NCBI GenBank assembly: GCA_964501035.1
Contig: CAZCRK010000012.1
Location: forward strand, 1-34,503
Length of the DNA: 34,503 nucleotides
Direction of reading: 5' to 3'
Positions 27,901 to 34,503 of this stretch are shown piece after piece; the first letter of the stretch is position 1; each line of letters opens with the position of its first letter. The translations under genes and the position numbers were made by a program. Under the pieces are notes generated by a model. The model was not told the origin of the DNA. It saw nothing but the letters and a program-made list of their open reading frames with translations, and did no database searches.

Positions 27901-30900
27901 AGTTGGACACCGAAGATCAGTTATCTCTTGGTGGACAATTAGGAAATGGAATTCTCGAAGAAGGCGAAGATACTGGATTAGATGGGTGTGAGGATATCTA
28001 TGAAACTGGAAATCCATATTTTCCATGCCTTCCAAATGATTATACTAATGAGAACCCTGGCATTTATGCTGATTCAATTCATGTAAGCATTGTAGACAAT
28101 CCTGACCCGAACCAAGATAATTGGGTGTATGACAACTCGGATGAAGATTATCAGTTTATTAATGGTACGGAAGGAAATAGTAATGCCCAGGGTTACTTGT
28201 ATCCTGATACTGAGGATTTAAACGGTGATTTAAGTTTAGATTATATTAATGAATATTTTACTTATTCATTTGATCCAAAGGATGAAACTTTAGAGATACT
28301 TGAAGATGGGAATGGTTTAGATTGGAAGCTTTTTCGAATTCCATTATCTGAATTTACCAATGTAGGTGATGGAAAATGGACGGATGTGAAAAATCTACGG
28401 CTTTGGGTTGAAACAACTGAACATAGCATCGACCAATCTAACATCATCAAAATTGCTAAGTTAGAAATTGTTGGAAACGAGTGGCAAGAGATGGCTCTTA
28501 CTTCATTTGACGACCTCGCTGACCCAGACGCTATTGATAATTTTGAAGATGATGAGATTCCATCTTTTACAATTGAAGTTATTAACTCTCAGGAAAATAG
28601 CGAATATGAATCTCCACCTGGAATTGTTGAAGAATATGATGAAATTACTGGTACTACCCAACGAGAACAATCCATCGTTTTATCGTTTAAACATATTGAT
28701 GAAAATAGTGGAATTCCAGCAGACTCTGTTGTTTTAATTAAAAAGAATTTTAATTATTCTTCTTTATCCAATGATAAAAAAAATAGTTTCTTTGCTTATG
28801 ATAATATGGAAATGTTTGTTTATGGAGATAGCGACGAAGAAAGTGGTGGTGGCTCGTGGCATAACGACATTACGGATGTTGAACTGCTCTTTCGATTTGG
28901 AAAAGATGATGATTATTATGAAATCCGTCAACCAATTTATGACGAATGGGATGAAAAGAATAATGTTAAGTTAAATTTGGATGAGCTCACTCGGTATAAA
29001 CTGAATATAGACTCGGTAGAAGAGTTAAATGATAGCGGTTTAGATGGAGTCATAGATGCATTCGAGTCAGGGTGTTATGAAAATGATGAAACAAATCCAT
29101 CAATTCCAGATACATTGATTGCTCTGGGTTACACCTATGAATCACTTTGGGATAGCTGTGAAGTACATTTCAACACAGAAGATTTGGGTGATTTTACAGA
29201 TGTTATTGTATGTGGGAATGGAGATATTTTAGAAAATCATGAAATTTCTGAGTTTGAATTTTCTATCTGTAGAGATGNNNNNNNNNNNNNNNNNNNNNNN
29301 NNNNNNNNNNNNNNNNNNNNNNNNNNNNNNNNNNNNNNNNNNNNNNNNNNNNNNNNNNNNNNNNNNNNNNNNNNNNNCATGATTGTATTGAATCGTTAAT
29401 CGAAGATGGCTCTATAGACATTGGTGATTGCGAAGGTCCAGTAGAAGATTTACCTGATGAAAATGGATTCTATAATGGTATATTTGATGTTCCAAGTGAG
29501 TACAATAATATTAATGATTTTTGGTTTTGGGAAAACAATGAATCAACAGATATTAGCACAGCATGTAATTATTGCACAGAGTTACGTGTTAAGGGTGAAC
29601 CAGCAATAAACAGAATAGAATATATTATGGTGGGTGTTGTTAATGAAACAGATGAAACCGTATTTGGTAGAATTTTCCTTGACGAGCTTCGGATGACGGG
29701 TGTGAAACATGAAAAGGGTCAAGCAATGCGGGTAAGTGGACCAATTGACTTTGCAGATTTATTGAAAATTAATTCATCATATAGTTTGGAAGATGCAGAT
29801 TTCCATAGATTACAAGAGCGTCTTGGGACTGGTAGTTCAACCGAATCATTTTCATTTTCAACAAGTTTTTATCCGCATAAATTTTTACCCTCTCAATGGG
29901 GTATAAATACGCCAATAACGATCAATTATTCATCCAACATATCTTCCCCAAAATTCAAACCAGGAACCGATATTTTACTCGGTAGTATTGATGAAACACC
30001 AGAGGAGCTTAAATCTATATCCGAGTCTATTTCATTTTCTACTGGATTTAATAAAACATCCCGTAGTGATAATTGGTTCATGCAATATACAGTAGATAAA
30101 ATTGATGTTGATTTTTCAATAAAGAAAACTACAAAATCATCTACTACAGTGGAAAATGAAGAAACAATTGATTCTGACTTTTCAGCAAATTATCAAGTGA
30201 ATTTTAACAAGGATAATTATATTTCACCTTTCAAAATTGCTGAAGATGTTCCTCTAATTGGAAAATCTTTATCTGAAACAAGGTGGTATTTTTCACCTGA
30301 AAAAATAAAAGCGACCATTAAAATTGATGACCACGATAAAATATCTTTTCAAAGAAGTGGTACAGTAACGCAAGATACTAGCATGGGCATGACACGAACA
30401 TTTTTGATTAATTATAAGTTAACAGAAAGTTTGCAATCCAATTATAATAATAGTATTCAAAGTAATTTAACAGCATACATGAGTGATAAATTTGGTTTTA
30501 TTAGAGATATGAATCCGGGTGTAATTAAATCCTTAACAGAGAATTTTTCAAATACATTTTCTCCCAATTTTATGGATTGGCTTAAACCAAAATTTACCTA
30601 TAATCCAAAATACACATGGAATTTAGTAAACCAAACAGATTCCATTCCTTCAGCAAATGTATCGAACAATAGTAAGTTAACCGCTTCATTTAATTTTTCT
30701 CCGAAAGAATTGGTTGAATTAGTATATAAACCGGAAAACTCTGCAGGGTCTTCAAGGTCATCAAGCAGGCGTGGGAGGAGAAGAACAAGTAGACAGGAAG
30801 AACAAAAACAAAAACGATTAGAAATTAAGAATCCAACATTAAAAGCTATTTTTAATTCTATACACAAAGTTTCGTCAAAAGTTTCTAAGGTTAATTTTAA

Positions 30901-31846
30901 TTATAATTTTAGTTCAACACATTCACATAGTAATATTTTCGCAGATTTAAGTCCTAGCTATTGGTATCGTTTGGGATTGTGGTCGGATCCTTTTCAAACG
31001 AGTTCTTACTATAATTTAGGGGATGGTCAAGTTGGTTCTTATTCTCACTCTTACACACAAGATTACAAGATAAGTACTAGTATCAATTTGACATCTAAAT
31101 TAACACTTACAAATATGGAATATAAAAATTCTGTAACAACCAATTTATCGTCATCAAGTGACCCAACTGTAAATATTACAGAGACATTTTTGCCGTTAGG
31201 ATTAACAGGTAATGATGGAATACCCATTTTTGGATGGTCTATCAATTTATCTGGATTTGAAAAGTATGGATTCTTCAAAAACTGGTTGAAATCCCTTAGT
31301 TTTTCACATACGTACAAAGGTGAAAGAACGGAATCTTTTAAAAATGATGAACAACAAAAATTAGATTTTACACGATATTATTCACCATTATTTGGATTAG
31401 TAGCAAAAACAAAGGGGCGTAATTCAGTTACCTTTAAGTTAACCTATAATATGAAATTAGACATAAATAATACAGGTACTCAAACAGAACGAGAGTATAA
31501 AAATCAGTTAACAAGTTCATTAGATTATAAAAAATCAGGGGGTTTAAATCTACCAATATTTTTCTTTAGAGATTTTGTAATTGAAAATGATATTGATTTC
31601 AGGTTAGATGTGTCATATGATAAAAACTACACTTTGTTTTCATATGTAAATGCAAGCGATATAAATGAGTTTGATCTAACATCTTTTTCAAATTCAATTA
31701 GTATAAAACCTCGAATTAATTATAGTTTTACTCGCTATGTAGATGGTGATGTATATTTTAACTACATTATATCTGATAATAATTCTGTTGGAAAGAAAAC
31801 TGAAAAGAATTTTGGATTTACAGTCAAAATTAAAATTCAAGGATAG
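24954..31846 (+). CDS. sprA: Type IX secretion system translocon SprA/Sov homologue; one gene interrupted by an assembly gap
   Basis: N-part: AGNISLNLP, GLFGIK..QLGPL, GSEQVVLNGR.L...DYTIDYFSG, LDDFE, LAWYN, DLGNISED, PDTEDLN, WKLFRIPL, VGNEW, YYEIRQP. After the gap the frame is open from 29378 (HDCIES...) through LRVKGEPAINRIEYIMVGVVN..GRIFLDELR to a terminal beta-strand FGFTVKIKIQG. The two ORF-track entries (24954-29399, 29627-31846) are halves of this gene. Confidence 0.88.
29278..29377. other. Scaffold gap (100 N, true length unknown)
   Basis: Run of exactly 100 N, a standard placeholder length. Confidence 0.99.
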
Positions 31847-31861
31847 AAAAAATTAAATAGT

Positions 31862-32779
31862 ATGAGAATAAAATTAATTATATTGTGTATCAATTTGACG
31901 ACTCTATTGGGGCAAGGAATTCCATATTTTAATGGGCAAAATGCAATGAAGTACTTAGTGGCACAATGTGATTTAGGGCCACGATATCCAGGTAGTGAAG
32001 GGCATTCTTTAGCACGAGAAATGTTTATTTCACATTTTAATCAATTTGCAGAAAAAATAATGATTATGGATGTAACAATCCCACATCCCTATTCTAGTGA
32101 TTCGCTTGCTCTTACAAATATTATGGCACGGTATAATATGTCTGCAAATCAACGGATCATGCTCATGGCTCACTGGGATACCCGTGCAATAGCTGATATG
32201 GACCCTGACTCAACGAACCATAATACACCAATAATAGGTGCAAATGATGGAGCAAGTGGTGTAGCAATTTTAATGGAGTTAGCACAAATTTTAAGGGACT
32301 ATCCATTAACAAATTTGGGTGTTGATTTATTGCTAGTGGATGGTGAAGACATAGGTAAAGCTGGTGATGCAGACAATTTTGGTTTAGGAACAAAAGAATT
32401 TGCACAAAATATTCCTGCACCTATTCCCAATATGGCAATTTGTTTAGATATGGTTGCGGATAAACATCCAAGATTCCCTATTGAAGTGAATTCATATTTC
32501 CAAGCACAGTTTTTAGTAAAAGAAATATGGTCAATTGCACATCAACTTGGATATGATGAATTTGAAAATTCATTTGGTAGGGCAATAACTGATGACCATA
32601 CGGTACTCTATAAATATAGTAAAATACCATCAATTGATATCATTGATTTTGAATACCCTTACAAAGGGGAAAATTATTGGCATACCCTTGAAGATACCCC
32701 TGAAAATTGTTCCGCAGAAACATTGGGTATGGTGGGAACTGTTGTTACAACATTTCTGTATCAAAAGGATCAGCAATGA
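31862..32779 (+). CDS. M28-fold protein, probable type II (animal-like) glutaminyl-peptide cyclotransferase
   Basis: Q...GPR.PGSEGH, AHWDTR, GANDGASGVA, DGED, LDMV, ITDDH, IDIIDF, YWHTLEDT. Confidence 0.8.
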   Translation: MRIKLIILCINLTTLLGQGIPYFNGQNAMKYLVAQCDLGPRYPGSEGHSLAREMFISHFNQFAEKIMIMDVTIPHPYSSDSLALTNIMARYNMSANQRIMLMAHWDTRAIADMDPDSTNHNTPIIGANDGASGVAILMELAQILRDYPLTNLGVDLLLVDGEDIGKAGDADNFGLGTKEFAQNIPAPIPNMAICLDMVADKHPRFPIEVNSYFQAQFLVKEIWSIAHQLGYDEFENSFGRAITDDHTVLYKYSKIPSIDIIDFEYPYKGENYWHTLEDTPENCSAETLGMVGTVVTTFLYQKDQQ

Positions 32780-33606
32780 GTAATGGTAGAACATGGGATA
32801 TTCTAGTTTTAAAAGGCGAATCAGAAAGTGTAAGTATTTTCACATCATTCATATCTGATTTTATTTTAGGAGTAAATACGGACAGTAAATCATCGAAAGT
32901 ATGCCTTTCTGAAAATGCTAAGGAAAATGTTGAAAATTTGCTGAGTCAATGGCAACAAAAGTTAAAGTTACATATAACTTGGGAAGTTGTTGAGGATGCT
33001 AATTGGCACCTTGCTTGGAAAGATAATTTTACTCCAGTAAAAGTTGATGATAAAATTGTGGTTGTTCCAGATTGGGATACAAACGTCTATGATTGTAAAC
33101 ATGTTATTAAAATAAAACCTGGAATGGCATTTGGAACAGGACACCATGAAACAACATTTTTGATGTTAGAATCTATGTTAGTTTATATGCAAAAAGGGAT
33201 GTCGGTAATAGACATTGGAACCGGAAGTGGGATTTTAGCAATTGCATCACATCAATTGGGTGCATCCGATGTATTAGGTACAGAGTTTGATCCAGTTTGT
33301 GAGGAAAATTTTAATGAAAATTTAAAATTGAATAATATAGAATCTAATGTTTCTTATGTACCAACTAACTGCCTTAAATGGACGGATTATTCTCAAGATA
33401 TTATTTTAGCAAATATAAACAGAAACGTAATTATAGACTTACTTCCAAAATTAAAAAATAGTCATGGTACGATAATTATTTCGGGTGTGTTAATCACCGA
33501 TGAAGTGGTAATTTCTAAATTATGCAACGATTTAAATTTATCAGTTATAAGCCGAAAGACTAAGGGAGAATGGATGTGTTTAACATTGAGGAAACAATGT
33601 AAATGA
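32776..33606 (+). CDS. prmA: Ribosomal protein L11 methyltransferase
   Basis: NW..AWK..F.PV, IKPGMAFGTGHHETT, DIGTGSGILAI, ILANINRN, SG, GEW. Start set at ATG 32776 (ATGA overlap). Confidence 0.93.
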   Translation: MSNGRTWDILVLKGESESVSIFTSFISDFILGVNTDSKSSKVCLSENAKENVENLLSQWQQKLKLHITWEVVEDANWHLAWKDNFTPVKVDDKIVVVPDWDTNVYDCKHVIKIKPGMAFGTGHHETTFLMLESMLVYMQKGMSVIDIGTGSGILAIASHQLGASDVLGTEFDPVCEENFNENLKLNNIESNVSYVPTNCLKWTDYSQDIILANINRNVIIDLLPKLKNSHGTIIISGVLITDEVVISKLCNDLNLSVISRKTKGEWMCLTLRKQCK

Positions 33607-34469
33607 AACTAACGTTGAGCATATTGGTATTGTTCCTGTTTGGAGGATGTACTAATGATATTCTTCTTCCAAATGATGATGGATACCAGACAGACCCCCC
33701 AGAATTTGAAACATTATATTTTGATTTTAATCCAAGTTCAGAAGAAATTTATTTCTATGCTGAAATTGTTAATGAATCAGAAAATCTTTATATTGATTCA
33801 GTATGGGTTGAGTTAAGTAATAACTCTGGATTTGAACAATCATTTACTTTACAAGAGCTAGACAATAGTGGAACAATTAAAATATTTTCAATCACCGAAC
33901 AACTTGTTTCATTTTGGAATGATGTTTATTATGCAGAATTTAACTTTACAGATAGTAATGGACAAGTTTATGTTTCTATTTCAGCAACAAAATATTTGTC
34001 AGTAGTTACTGAAAATGTACATCCTGAAATTGTAAACATTTTAATGCCAACAGAGTTTCAACTTAGTCAAAATGAATGGTCTGAATTAAACATTGAATTA
34101 ACAGTTTTAGATTTAAATGGAAATGATAATATTCAATCGGTTAAATATGAAATCCAAAGAATTTTTGAAGGGTGCAATGACGACTGTATTTATGATTCTA
34201 ATTGCAATGACCCAATTGAAGATTCGGAATTTATTTCAGATGACACCTGGAAATTTGATTTTAGTGAATATTCTTCTAATGGTTTTTTATATAATGAAAG
34301 CATTTTGATGCGACCGTTCGATGGAAGTGAATACGATGATGGTGAAAACCAATTTGATGCAAAAGATTGTGGACGAACTGGAATTATGTTTTTCAAATTT
34401 ATTGTTACAGATAATGATGGGTTATTGATTGAATCTGATGAGATATTATTAGAAGTAACTGCCCCATGA
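33603..34469 (+). CDS. Acidic hypothetical lipoprotein (beta-rich, Ig/PKD-like C-terminal pattern)
   Basis: Lipobox LFGGC; V.DLNGNDNIQSV and F.FIVTDNDGL patterns; Cys cluster GCNDDCIYDSNC. Confidence 0.8.
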   Translation: MKLTLSILVLFLFGGCTNDILLPNDDGYQTDPPEFETLYFDFNPSSEEIYFYAEIVNESENLYIDSVWVELSNNSGFEQSFTLQELDNSGTIKIFSITEQLVSFWNDVYYAEFNFTDSNGQVYVSISATKYLSVVTENVHPEIVNILMPTEFQLSQNEWSELNIELTVLDLNGNDNIQSVKYEIQRIFEGCNDDCIYDSNCNDPIEDSEFISDDTWKFDFSEYSSNGFLYNESILMRPFDGSEYDDGENQFDAKDCGRTGIMFFKFIVTDNDGLLIESDEILLEVTAP

Positions 34470-34503
34470 GATTAGTTTTTATAATATCTGTTTCGTTAAC
34501 TTG
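34466..34503 (+). CDS. 5' fragment of next gene (MRLVFIISVSLT..., signal-peptide-like)
   Basis: ATGA overlap with the previous stop; frame open to the window end. Confidence 0.5.
   Translation, partial: MRLVFIISVSLT

Noticed and set aside
29563..29577. CNYC in SprA as a heme c or redox motif
   Set aside because: It is followed by Thr, not His, so it is not CxxCH; more likely a structural disulfide in the insert.
29278..29626. sprA frameshift, pseudogene or split gene
   Set aside because: The frame change is caused by the arbitrary 100-N gap; the downstream frame is open from the first base after the gap.
32707..32775. N-terminal extension of prmA in the ORF track (similar extensions at 14687, 20036 and 22550)
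   Set aside because: These upstream starts overlap neighbouring genes or promoters. The downstream ATGs have an SD, a stop-start overlap or a proper signal peptide.

Overview
AT-rich, densely packed chromosomal segment of a Gram-negative bacterium of the FCB superphylum. The mix of SprA, C-terminal dockerin-like domains and acidic Cys-rich secreted proteins suggests a marine Marinimicrobia/SAR406-type assembly (inference). A 100-N scaffold gap lies at 29278-29377. Contents in order: tRNA-Asn(GTT); a divergent EF-G2 paralogue; a small conserved protein, manC and an Ig-like lipoprotein; yqgE/algH; radC; a minus-strand proteolysis operon (tldD, tldE, M16 lipoprotein peptidase, cyclophilin, M1 aminopeptidase) head-to-head with a five-gene YejABE/OppDF-type peptide ABC importer; two divergent secreted dockerin-tailed enzymes (heme c + PHM/DBH-type copper monooxygenase, and an EExxH metallopeptidase-like protein); a membrane protein; tRNA-Phe(GAA); rdgB; a T9SS translocon sprA spanning the gap; an M28 glutaminyl-cyclase-like gene; prmA; and a lipoprotein. 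No CRISPR, integrase or transposase was seen. The best candidate for an undescribed system is a 5' leader on the EF-G2 gene that is absent from the ORF track. It has a 25-codon uORF (MKKIVITELGRYYSPIPSRELGTTL), one strand that can pair with three alternative partners, and an intrinsic terminator just before the EF-G2 SD, which together look like a ribosome-coupled attenuator. Other candidates are the cytochrome c-Cu monooxygenase-dockerin fusion, the TldDE/peptidase/Yej peptide-handling locus and the sprA-QC linkage.
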